24,000 bases of DNA, taken from assembly GCA_021287185.1 (NCBI GenBank), contig JAJTAZ010000019.1, positions 102,696 through 126,695 on the forward strand, read 5' to 3'. The position numbers and the translations under genes were made by a program. The notes beneath the pieces were generated by a model that ran no database searches, had not been told where the DNA came from, and saw nothing but the letters and a program-made list of their open reading frames with translations. The stretch comes from Burkholderiales bacterium. GTDB taxonomy: Bacteria; Pseudomonadota; Gammaproteobacteria; Burkholderiales; Burkholderiaceae. Positions 8,834 through 16,495 of this stretch are shown piece by piece (the first letter of the stretch is position 1; each line of letters starts with the position of its first letter).

Positions 8834-8973
8834 GCCCGACTACATATTGCACTGTAAAAGCGGTTATTTTGCTGGTGCTTGTTTTTGATGAAACCCACAT
8901 CGATGTGTGCATGATGTGTTTTCAATCTTTTTTGTATCGAGATGCGCAGTCATTTTTTATAAAGGCCAACACC

Positions 8974-9789
8974 ATGAGCTCAAACAAAAATTCCAGCAAA
9001 ACACGCAGTCCTCAAAGCAAAACATCAACAAAAACAACGAATAAACCAGTTGCAAAAACCAGCATGACAAAAGCTGCTGCCGCAAAGCCCGCACCTAAAG
9101 TAACCGCCAAAGTTCCTGCTAAAGCCAGTGTCAAAACCACCACCAAAACAGCAGTCAAAACAGTCGCAAAAGCCAAGGCAACGCCAGCATCAAAACCTGC
9201 TGTCAAAGTCGCAGCAACCAAAACCAGTGCAAAACCAGTGACTAAAGTCGCGCCCAAAGTTTCAGCGCCCGTTAAAACCACGGTCAAAAGTGCACCCAAG
9301 GCTCTTGCTAAAAACACTGCAAAAGTACCTGCTAAAACAACCGCAAAGACGTCTGCACCATCGGTGTCTAAAACCCAATCTGCCGTTGGCAAGCCTGCTG
9401 TGAAAACCACCAGCAAAGCCATGCCAACTGCACCCGTTTCAAAACAGAAAAGTACCATGCCCAATCGCAAAGCCAAACCTGAAGAAAAAATTGTTGCCAA
9501 ACCCACTGCCAACGTTAAACCAGTCACTAAAACAACTGTGGCCAAGGACAGCAAACCCGCACCTGAAGCCAAGCCTGCAAAAAATATCACTACTAAAGTG
9601 TCCAGCAAAAAAACAAAAACCACAACAAAAGTCAAATCTGATGATGAGTTGTTAAATGACAATTTGGACAATGTCACTGAAGTGGATGACGATTTAATCG
9701 CTGATGACTTGGATGTAGAAGACATCGCGATTGACGCCAAACCTGAGAAAGCCAAAGGCAAAAAAGGCAAAGAATCGGCCGAAGAGTCC
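8974..9789 (+). other. RpoD N-terminal extension: basic X3K-repeat segment (8974-9639), acidic segment (9640-9735) and a short K/E linker
   Basis: By my hand count, residues 1-222 contain 51 Lys and only 4 acidic residues, mostly as tetrapeptides such as [20 protein letters not shown] and TVAK. Next comes [32 protein letters not shown]. Confidence 0.8.
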
Positions 9790-11616
9790 GCGCAAGCACT
9801 TGAATTTAAAAAAGCGCAAATGACGCTTTTGATTAAATCAGGTAAAGAGCGCGGTTACTTGACCTATGCGGAAATCAACGACAGTCTGCCCGACGACATG
9901 GTCGAAGGCGATGCCTTGGACAACATCGTTTCCGCATTTTCAGATTTGGGGATTCAGGTATATGAGCAAGCCCCCGATGCTGAAGCCCTATTGATGAGTG
10001 ACAATGTCCCCGTCGCCAACGCCGATGACACGACCGAAGAAGAGGTTGAAGTCGCTGTATCCACTTTGGACTCAGAGTTTGGGCGTACGACAGACCCCGT
10101 GCGTATGTACATGCGCGAGATGGGTATTGTTGATTTGTTGACCAAAGCACAAGAAATTGAAATTGCCAAACGCATTGAAGAAGGTCAACGTGAAATGATG
10201 GTGGCAATTTCTGCCTGCCCTGCGATTATTCAGGAACTGCGCGATAGTTTTGCCCGAATCCGTGCAGGCGAGATTCCCGTTGACGAAATCGTGGATGGCT
10301 TCGTCGGCGTCGAAGAAGCATTTGAAGACGAAGAAGAAATTGACATTGACGACGATGAAACCGAAGAAGAAGCAGCGGAAACCTTGTCAAACAAGCAGTT
10401 AGAAGCCCTCAAAGCCAAAGCCCTTGAAAAGTTCGATGTCATCGAAAAATTATTCGATAAAATGCGCATTGCATTCGATAAAGAAGGTTATCGTTCAAAC
10501 ACATACAACAAATCGCAGGACGCGATGACGACCGAACTCATGGGCATTCGCTTCACTGCAAAAACAGTTGACAAATTGTGTGACAAACTGCGTCAACAAG
10601 TGGCGGCGATTCGTGACATTGAAAACCAAATTCGTACCTTGTGTGTGGACAAAGTGGGTATGAAATTGGACTTCTTTATTGTCAATTTCCCAGGGCATCA
10701 AACCAATTTGAATTGGGCGCACGAATTGCTGAAAACCCCACACAGTTTCAATGCCGTGTTTGAACGCAATATCCCTGCCTTGCACGAATTACAAAATCGT
10801 CTGATTGCTTTGCAAAATGAGGTGTTTTTACCATTGCCTGACTTGCGCGACATCAACAAACAAATGACCGATGGCGAGAAAAAAACCCGCTTGGCCAAAA
10901 AAGAAATGACCGAAGCGAACTTGCGACTTGTGATTTCAATTGCCAAACGTTACACCAACCGTGGCTTGCAATTTTTGGACTTGATTCAGGAAGGCAATAT
11001 CGGCTTGATGAAGGCCGTGGACAAATTCGAGTACCGTCGTGGTTATAAATTTTCAACCTATGCCACATGGTGGATACGTCAAGCGATTACCCGTTCAATT
11101 GCCGATCAAGCGCGCACCATCCGTATTCCCGTGCACATGATTGAAACCATCAACAAAATGAACCGCATCTCGCGTCAAATTTTGCAAGAAACTGGGGTTG
11201 AGCCAGACGCATCGGTACTTGCTGAAAAGATGGAAATGCCGGAGCACAAGATTCGTAAAATCATGAAAATCGCCAAAGAACCGATTTCCATGGAAACGCC
11301 CATTGGTGATGATGAAGATTCACATTTGGGTGACTTCATCGAAGACGGCAATGCCATGACCCCTGCGGAAGCGGCGTTGCACACAGGCATGCAAGACATC
11401 GTCAAAGATGTGTTGGATTCTCTCACACCGCGTGAGGCGAAAGTTCTACGCATGCGTTTTGGGATTGAAATGACCACAGACCACACACTTGAAGAAGTGG
11501 GCAAGCAATTTGATGTGACACGCGAACGCATCCGTCAAATTGAAGCCAAAGCTTTGCGTAAATTGCGTCACCCTTCGCGGTCTGAAAAACTCAAAAGCTT
11601 TTTAGAGAACAACTAA
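8974..11616 (+). CDS. rpoD: RNA polymerase sigma factor RpoD (sigma70), 880 aa, with a ~272-aa N-terminal low-complexity extension
   Basis: The C-terminal ~608 aa are canonical. Region 1.1 is [22 protein letters not shown], region 2 is [59 protein letters not shown], and region 4 is [15 protein letters not shown]...[30 protein letters not shown]. The start is placed at the ATG at 8974, with aaagg 8 nt upstream. The TTG at 8869 in the ORF track is unlikely. Confidence 0.9.
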   Translation: MSSNKNSSKTRSPQSKTSTKTTNKPVAKTSMTKAAAAKPAPKVTAKVPAKASVKTTTKTAVKTVAKAKATPASKPAVKVAATKTSAKPVTKVAPKVSAPVKTTVKSAPKALAKNTAKVPAKTTAKTSAPSVSKTQSAVGKPAVKTTSKAMPTAPVSKQKSTMPNRKAKPEEKIVAKPTANVKPVTKTTVAKDSKPAPEAKPAKNITTKVSSKKTKTTTKVKSDDELLNDNLDNVTEVDDDLIADDLDVEDIAIDAKPEKAKGKKGKESAEESAQALEFKKAQMTLLIKSGKERGYLTYAEINDSLPDDMVEGDALDNIVSAFSDLGIQVYEQAPDAEALLMSDNVPVANADDTTEEEVEVAVSTLDSEFGRTTDPVRMYMREMGIVDLLTKAQEIEIAKRIEEGQREMMVAISACPAIIQELRDSFARIRAGEIPVDEIVDGFVGVEEAFEDEEEIDIDDDETEEEAAETLSNKQLEALKAKALEKFDVIEKLFDKMRIAFDKEGYRSNTYNKSQDAMTTELMGIRFTAKTVDKLCDKLRQQVAAIRDIENQIRTLCVDKVGMKLDFFIVNFPGHQTNLNWAHELLKTPHSFNAVFERNIPALHELQNRLIALQNEVFLPLPDLRDINKQMTDGEKKTRLAKKEMTEANLRLVISIAKRYTNRGLQFLDLIQEGNIGLMKAVDKFEYRRGYKFSTYATWWIRQAITRSIADQARTIRIPVHMIETINKMNRISRQILQETGVEPDASVLAEKMEMPEHKIRKIMKIAKEPISMETPIGDDEDSHLGDFIEDGNAMTPAEAALHTGMQDIVKDVLDSLTPREAKVLRMRFGIEMTTDHTLEEVGKQFDVTRERIRQIEAKALRKLRHPSRSEKLKSFLENN

Positions 11617-11686
11617 GCCACAAAAAGTTGACGCAAAACGTGGCGTGAAGCCCCACATTTGCGTACAATGCGAAGTTCAGACTTTT

Positions 11687-11763
11687 GGGCCGTTAGCTCA
11701 GTTGGTTAGAGCAGAGGACTCATAATCCTTTGGTCCGCGGTTCAAGTCCGCGACGGCCTACCA
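11687..11763 (+). tRNA. tRNA with CAU anticodon, most likely tRNA-Ile2 (lysidine type); elongator tRNA-Met not excluded
   Basis: A 77-nt cloverleaf with anticodon arm gagga-ctCATaa-tcctt, T-loop ttcaagt and encoded CCA. The overall sequence closely resembles E. coli ileX, which lies near rpoD in that genome as I recall it. Confidence 0.85.
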
Positions 11764-11765
11764 AA

Positions 11766-11796
11766 TAAAAAAACACTCCTTCGGGAGTGTTTTTTG
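11766..11796. terminator. Bidirectional Rho-independent terminator
   Basis: aaaaaaa-CACTCC-ttcg-GGAGTG-tttttt. It sits between the tRNA (+) and the convergent S24 peptidase gene (-). Confidence 0.85.
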
Positions 11797-11823
11797 TGCA
11801 CGCAGCAATCTTCAAATGCTCGA

Positions 11824-12447
11824 TTACCACGTCTTTTTAATCGAATACAACACCACCCCGACAATACTCAAGGTGGATTCTGCGGTCGGACGAATAATCG
11901 GGTAGTCATCATTTTCAGGGTGCAACTCAACACCTGAGGTGGTTTTAATCAGGCGTTTCACCGTAAATTCGTCATCCAAATTCGCCAAAACGATGTCACG
12001 GTGGTGTGCTTCAACCGAACGATCCACCACCAGCATATCACCTTCAAAAATCCCCACTTTTGCCATTGAATCACCTTTGACATAAACAGCGATGGTGGCT
12101 GCTGGGTTATTGACCAAATAGGTATTGAAGTCCAAATAATCGGCAATATCTGGCGAAGCCGATGCGGGCAAGCCTGCGCGCACAGCATCTTGCGCCACGG
12201 GGATGCGCAGGTGCACGGGATCAGGGTTCATCATCATAGCATCGGGCGGTAACGCGACCTGCGCTTGAGCGGAGTTTAAATCTTTTCGATTTTTATGCTC
12301 GGTCAACCACTGCTCCAATGAAATGACCAAGGACTCAGGAATGCGTTTGACCACGGTGGGTTCTTTAAATTGCCCACTGCCTGCTTTACGACCTGCACCT
12401 TTACGCGCGCCACCGCGTGTGGATTTATTGGGGGTATCTTGACTCAT
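11824..12447 (-). CDS. S24-family (UmuD/LexA-like) self-cleaving protein with an ~85-aa basic N-terminal extension
   Basis: The C-terminal part aligns by eye to UmuD. The putative cleavage site is VRA|GLPASASPDIADY (compare UmuD QC|GFPSPAADY), the catalytic Ser is in KGDSM and the catalytic Lys is in EFTVKRL. The N-terminus is MSQDTPNKSTRGGARKGAGRKAGSGQFKEPTVVKRIPESLVISLEQWL. The start is the ATG at 12445-12447, with AGAGG 8 nt upstream. The GTG at 12495 is less likely. Confidence 0.8.
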   Translation of the reverse strand: MSQDTPNKSTRGGARKGAGRKAGSGQFKEPTVVKRIPESLVISLEQWLTEHKNRKDLNSAQAQVALPPDAMMMNPDPVHLRIPVAQDAVRAGLPASASPDIADYLDFNTYLVNNPAATIAVYVKGDSMAKVGIFEGDMLVVDRSVEAHHRDIVLANLDDEFTVKRLIKTTSGVELHPENDDYPIIRPTAESTLSIVGVVLYSIKKTW

Positions 12448-12459
12448 GGTGTGACCTCT

Positions 12460-12473
12460 ATAATTGATAATTG
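12460..12473. repeat. 7-bp perfect tandem repeat (ataattg x2) immediately upstream of the S24 gene RBS, with a third caattg at 12484-12489
   Basis: Read directly from the sequence. This is a candidate operator. Confidence 0.6.
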
Positions 12474-12580
12474 TTACTTTATTCAATTGTGCCACATTTT
12501 TTCTATTCGCGCTTTGCTGTTTGGTTTATTTTAAATCGCATGATTTATCTTGAAGCATCAAATCTTCATTTTTATATTTG

Positions 12581-12596
12581 TTATTTATATAAATAA
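12581..12596. promoter_or_regulatory. Perfect 16-bp A/T palindrome (ttatttat|ataaataa) in the divergent S24 / tauE-cys control region
   Basis: Read directly from the sequence. It lies in the ~250-bp, very AT-rich intergenic region. Its function is unknown. Confidence 0.4.
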
Positions 12597-12697
12597 ACGC
12601 AATCTTATTATTTTATTTGAATATAGAAAACCTTTACAATGCCACCTCATATTTGAGTTAATCACTCAACTATTATTGGTTTTTTTAGGATGACATT

Positions 12698-13489
12698 ATG
12701 TTTTTTGACCCTTTGTATGTTGTTTTAGGCTTTTTGGTCGGCATCATTGTTGGCTTGACAGGGGTCGGTGGCGGTTCCCTGATGACGCCGCTGTTGATTT
12801 TTGTGTTCCATGTCAAACCAGCCTTGGCTGTCGGTACGGATTTATTATTCGCGGCAATTACCAAAGCAACGGGTATGGTCAAACACCAACGCCACGGAAA
12901 TATCGACTGGCGCATCACTGGATTATTGGGTTTGGGTAGTATTCCTGCCTCTTTACTTACGTTATGGTGGTTGCATGTTTCACAAATCGATTCGGCACGA
13001 GTGAACGTGTATATGATGAAGGCCTTGGGCTTTATGCTGTTTCTCACTGCAATTGCCATATTTTTGACACAGGTGTTACGCACCCGTTATGTCAAACCTG
13101 ACCCAAATGCAGAGATGCAACAGCACCATTCTCGACCACGTACAATGGCCACCGTGATAATCGGTGCCGCGTTGGGATTTTTGGTCACGTTCAGTTCGGT
13201 TGGGGCGGGTGCAGTGGGTATGGTGGCTTTGTATGCTCTTTATAATCGCTCGCCAGCCGTGCGTTTGGTCGGCAGTGATATTGCGCACGCCGTCCCTCTG
13301 ACTTTAATTGCGGGCTTGGGACATGCAGGTTTGGGCTCAGTGAATTTTCAGTTGCTCGGTGTGTTACTCATTGGCTCTTTGCCAGGTATTTGGATTGGCA
13401 GCCATTTGTCCAATAAAGCACCTGAGAGGGTCTTAAAATTGCTGCTGGCGATTATTTTAACCATTTCAGGTTATAAACTCATCGCGTAA
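12698..13489 (+). CDS. TauE/SafE (DUF81) family anion permease, first gene of the sulfate-assimilation operon
   Basis: The 263-aa polytopic membrane protein has two halves, each with a glycine-rich motif (GLTGVGGGSLMTP and SSVGAGAVGM). This is typical of TauE/SafE. Confidence 0.85.
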   Translation: MFFDPLYVVLGFLVGIIVGLTGVGGGSLMTPLLIFVFHVKPALAVGTDLLFAAITKATGMVKHQRHGNIDWRITGLLGLGSIPASLLTLWWLHVSQIDSARVNVYMMKALGFMLFLTAIAIFLTQVLRTRYVKPDPNAEMQQHHSRPRTMATVIIGAALGFLVTFSSVGAGAVGMVALYALYNRSPAVRLVGSDIAHAVPLTLIAGLGHAGLGSVNFQLLGVLLIGSLPGIWIGSHLSNKAPERVLKLLLAIILTISGYKLIA

Positions 13490-13537
13490 TAAAATTTAGC
13501 CTGTATTTATAACCTTTATCGTTTTTCGGGATTTCCT

Positions 13538-15214
13538 ATGTACCGTTACAATCAAATCGACCAAACCATCGTGCAAGAACGCGTGAATCAATACCGTGAC
13601 CAACTCACACGTTTTCTCGCAGGCGAATTGGCAGAGGACGAATTTCGCCCGCTACGTTTGCAAAACGGTTTGTACATCCAGCGTCACGCGCCAATGTTGC
13701 GCGTGGCTGTGCCTTATGGTTTGCTCTCATCCAAACAGTTTCGTGCTTTGGCCGACATAGCCGACACGTATGATAAAGGCTATGTGCATTTTTCCACCCG
13801 CCAAAATGTCCAGTTCAACTGGCCGCAATTGGAAAAAACCGCTGACATTTTGCAGGCACTCGCCGATGTGGAAATGCACGCAATTCAGACTTCAGGCGCG
13901 TGCGTGCGCAACATCACCACCGATGAGTTTGCAGGTGTGGCGCAGGATGAAATCATCGACCCACGCCCGTATTGCGAAATCATGCGCCAGTGGAGCACGT
14001 TTCACCCTGAGTTTGCAGGCTTGCCGCGCAAGTTCAAAATTGCTATTTGCGGCTCAAGCGAAGACCGCGCCGTGACCTTTGCACACGACATTGGTTTGTA
14101 CGTATTGCGCAATGCTGCGGGCGAAGTCGGCTTTCGCATATCCGTCGGCGGTGGTTTGGGTCGCACGCCGATGATTGGTTCGATTGTGCGCGAGTTTCTG
14201 CCGTGGCAACACGTGATGAGTTATTGCGAAGCGATTTTGCGCGTGTATAACCGCTATGGCCGTCGTGACAATTTATACAAAGCACGGATTAAAATTTTGC
14301 TCAAGGCCTTGGGTCTTGAAGAGTTTACGCGCCAAGTCGAAGCCGAATTCAAACACAATGAAAACGGTCCATCCACCATCACACAGGCAGAACTCGAACG
14401 TGTGGCGAGGTTTTTCACTGAGCCTGAATATGAAACCTTGGATGATGTGGATTTCACTCAAGCCGAATTTAGTGACAATATCCCATTCACGCGCTGGCGC
14501 GAGCGCAACACGCGCGCGCACAAACGCGCGGGCTACGCTTCGGTGGTGTTGTCGTTCAAAGCCAATGATGTCGCACCAGGCGATGCCACCTCCAAACAAA
14601 TGCGTGTGGTCGCGGATTTAGCCGATGCGCACAGCTTTGGCGAGTTGCGCGTGTCGCACGAGCAAAACCTCATCCTCGCCGATGTCGCACAAAAAGACTT
14701 ACTCAACGTTTGGCAAACTTTGAAAACCCATGGCATGGCGACACCGAATGTCGGTTTGCTGACCGACATCATTGCTTGCCCTGGCGGTGATTTTTGCTCA
14801 CTGGCCAATGCCAAATCGATTCCTATTGCCAATGCGATTCAGACGCGCTTTAACGACTGGGATTACCTGCACGATTTGGGCGAAATTCAGTTGAATATTT
14901 CGGGCTGTATGAATTCCTGCGGTCACCACCACGTGGCGCACATCGGGATTCTCGGCGTGGACAAAGACGGTAAAGAATGGTATCAAATCTCACTTGGCGG
15001 CTCGGACGGCACGCATTTGGGTGGTTTCATTCCCTCGATTGGTAAAGTGATAGGCCCCTCATTTAGTGCAGAAAATATTGTTGATGCGGTCGAAACCATC
15101 ATCACCACGTTTACGCAGTTGCGCGAAGACGGAGAATTGTTCATCGATACCGTGCGCCGTGTAGGGATAGAGCCATTTAAAAAAGCGGTTTATCCAAGCA
15201 AAGAATTGCGTTAA
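13538..15214 (+). CDS. cysI: Assimilatory sulfite reductase hemoprotein, NirA-like (siroheme/[4Fe-4S])
   Basis: EEFRPLRLQNGLYIQRHAPMLRVAVPYG...FSTRQNVQFNW...HAIQTSGACVRNITTD matches this family. The cluster-ligand cysteines are CPGGDFC and SGCMNSCGHHH. It closely resembles the Pseudomonas/Burkholderia type CysI. Confidence 0.93.
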   Translation: MYRYNQIDQTIVQERVNQYRDQLTRFLAGELAEDEFRPLRLQNGLYIQRHAPMLRVAVPYGLLSSKQFRALADIADTYDKGYVHFSTRQNVQFNWPQLEKTADILQALADVEMHAIQTSGACVRNITTDEFAGVAQDEIIDPRPYCEIMRQWSTFHPEFAGLPRKFKIAICGSSEDRAVTFAHDIGLYVLRNAAGEVGFRISVGGGLGRTPMIGSIVREFLPWQHVMSYCEAILRVYNRYGRRDNLYKARIKILLKALGLEEFTRQVEAEFKHNENGPSTITQAELERVARFFTEPEYETLDDVDFTQAEFSDNIPFTRWRERNTRAHKRAGYASVVLSFKANDVAPGDATSKQMRVVADLADAHSFGELRVSHEQNLILADVAQKDLLNVWQTLKTHGMATPNVGLLTDIIACPGGDFCSLANAKSIPIANAIQTRFNDWDYLHDLGEIQLNISGCMNSCGHHHVAHIGILGVDKDGKEWYQISLGGSDGTHLGGFIPSIGKVIGPSFSAENIVDAVETIITTFTQLREDGELFIDTVRRVGIEPFKKAVYPSKELR

Positions 15215-15244
15215 GCCATCATTGATACAGCGTAGGCACACACC

Positions 15245-16495
15245 ATGACCACACATTACATACTCAACCAACAACCCGCAACTGACCCGTATCAACTCCT
15301 GCGCCTGAGCGAAACCGACGATGCGTCCAGTATCAGCATCCCCGACGCGCCAACCATCGTGCCATTGGCAGTGTGGCAAGCGCAGCCTGCTTTGCAGGCG
15401 CGCAGCGACATCGGCGTGTGGTTGGAGAACACCACCGAGCCTGAAAACCTCGACATTGAGTGGAATCGCTTTCCCGTGATTGCGCTGGATTATCCAAAGT
15501 TCACCGATGGTCGCTCGCATTCCATCGCGTATCTATTGCGCAACCGTTTAAATTTTAAAAACGAATTGCGCGCGATTGGCGATGTACTGGTTGATCAATT
15601 GTTTTATATGAAACGCGTCGGCTTCAATGCGTTTTCACTGCGTGCGGATCAAAAAATCGACACCGCCCTGCGCACGCTCAACGCCTTTAGTCAAACCTAT
15701 CAAGGCTCGACCGATGAACCACGCCCGTTATTCGCACGCGCGCACGAGGACGTGCCCGCCAACCATGATCACGGTTTGAATGCAAAAATTGCTGCACTTG
15801 AAACCTTGATGCGCGAAATTGCTGAGCAACACGCACCCGCAGTCTTGGCCAACAGTTTGGCGTATGAAGACATGATTTTGACCGACGTGATTGCGCGTTT
15901 GCAGTTGCCCATTCAAATGTTCACCCTGCAAACGGGCATGCTGCACGCCGAAACCTCCAATATGGTCGCTGTCATCAAAACACACTATGGTTTGGACGTA
16001 CAGGAATACACGCCAGACGAAACCGATGTGGTGCAATACATTGCTGAGCACGGCAAACACGCATTCTACGAATCGGTTGAACTGCGCAAAGCCTGCTGCC
16101 ACATACGCAAGGTCAAACCTTTACAACGCGCCCTTGTGGGCAAAAAAGCATGGCTGACAGGGCAACGCGCCGAGCAATCCATCACGCGGGCAACCTTGCC
16201 TTTACGTGAATTGGATACCGCCAACGGTTTAGAAAAGTTCAACCCACTGCGCGATTGGACGTTCGCCGATGTCAAAGGCTACATTGCGCAATTCAATGTA
16301 CCGTACAACCCACTGCATGACCAAGGCTATCCATCCATCGGCTGTGAGCCGTGTACCCGCGCCATCAAACCGAACGAAGACATCCGCGCAGGTCGCTGGT
16401 GGTGGGAAAACCAAGACAACAAAGAATGTGGTCTTCATTCCAACACCCGCATCAGCAACCCCAGCACCCCATTACACGAGGATAAAAATGACTGA
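15245..16495 (+). CDS. cysH: Fusion protein: N-terminal DUF934 domain plus C-terminal Fe-S type adenylylsulfate (APS) reductase CysH
   Basis: It is one uninterrupted 416-codon ORF. Residues ~1-165 carry the DUF934 pattern (FPVIALDYPKFTDGRSHSIAYLLRNRLNFKNELRAIGDVLVDQLFYMKRVGFNAFSL). Residues ~178-416 are CysH with KACCH, GCEPC and KECGLH. Confidence 0.85.
   Translation: MTTHYILNQQPATDPYQLLRLSETDDASSISIPDAPTIVPLAVWQAQPALQARSDIGVWLENTTEPENLDIEWNRFPVIALDYPKFTDGRSHSIAYLLRNRLNFKNELRAIGDVLVDQLFYMKRVGFNAFSLRADQKIDTALRTLNAFSQTYQGSTDEPRPLFARAHEDVPANHDHGLNAKIAALETLMREIAEQHAPAVLANSLAYEDMILTDVIARLQLPIQMFTLQTGMLHAETSNMVAVIKTHYGLDVQEYTPDETDVVQYIAEHGKHAFYESVELRKACCHIRKVKPLQRALVGKKAWLTGQRAEQSITRATLPLRELDTANGLEKFNPLRDWTFADVKGYIAQFNVPYNPLHDQGYPSIGCEPCTRAIKPNEDIRAGRWWWENQDNKECGLHSNTRISNPSTPLHEDKND

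Noticed and set aside
9012-9770. 252-aa ORF on the minus strand, antisense to the rpoD N-terminal extension
   Set aside because: Its translation is low-complexity A/L/V/T/G text. It mirrors the K/A/T/P/V codon repeats of the sense strand (AAA/GCN/ACN read backwards gives few stops). It has no start context and lies wholly within a gene whose frame continues into conserved sigma70 domains. This is a compositional artefact.
11628-11669. ttgacg (11628-11633) and tacaat (11664-11669) as the promoter of the CAU tRNA
   Set aside because: The two hexamers are 30 bp apart, far outside the 16-19 bp window. tacaat alone may be a -10, but I cannot support a full promoter call.
11687-12697. Possibility that the S24 gene next to the CAU tRNA marks a genomic island or prophage remnant
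   Set aside because: There is no integrase, no other phage or mobile genes, and no direct repeat of the tRNA 3' end that I can find in 11764-12700. The S24 gene composition looks similar to its neighbours, and housekeeping genes flank it on both sides.
15059-15520. 153-aa minus-strand ORF spanning the cysI / DUF934-cysH junction
   Set aside because: It overlaps two strongly supported plus-strand genes and has no recognisable motifs or RBS. It is a typical antisense open frame in moderately GC-rich coding DNA. The same reasoning applies to the other antisense or out-of-frame ORFs in the track, such as 76-342, 2389-2745, 4371-4751, 14273-14599, 16520-17177 and 18131-18664.
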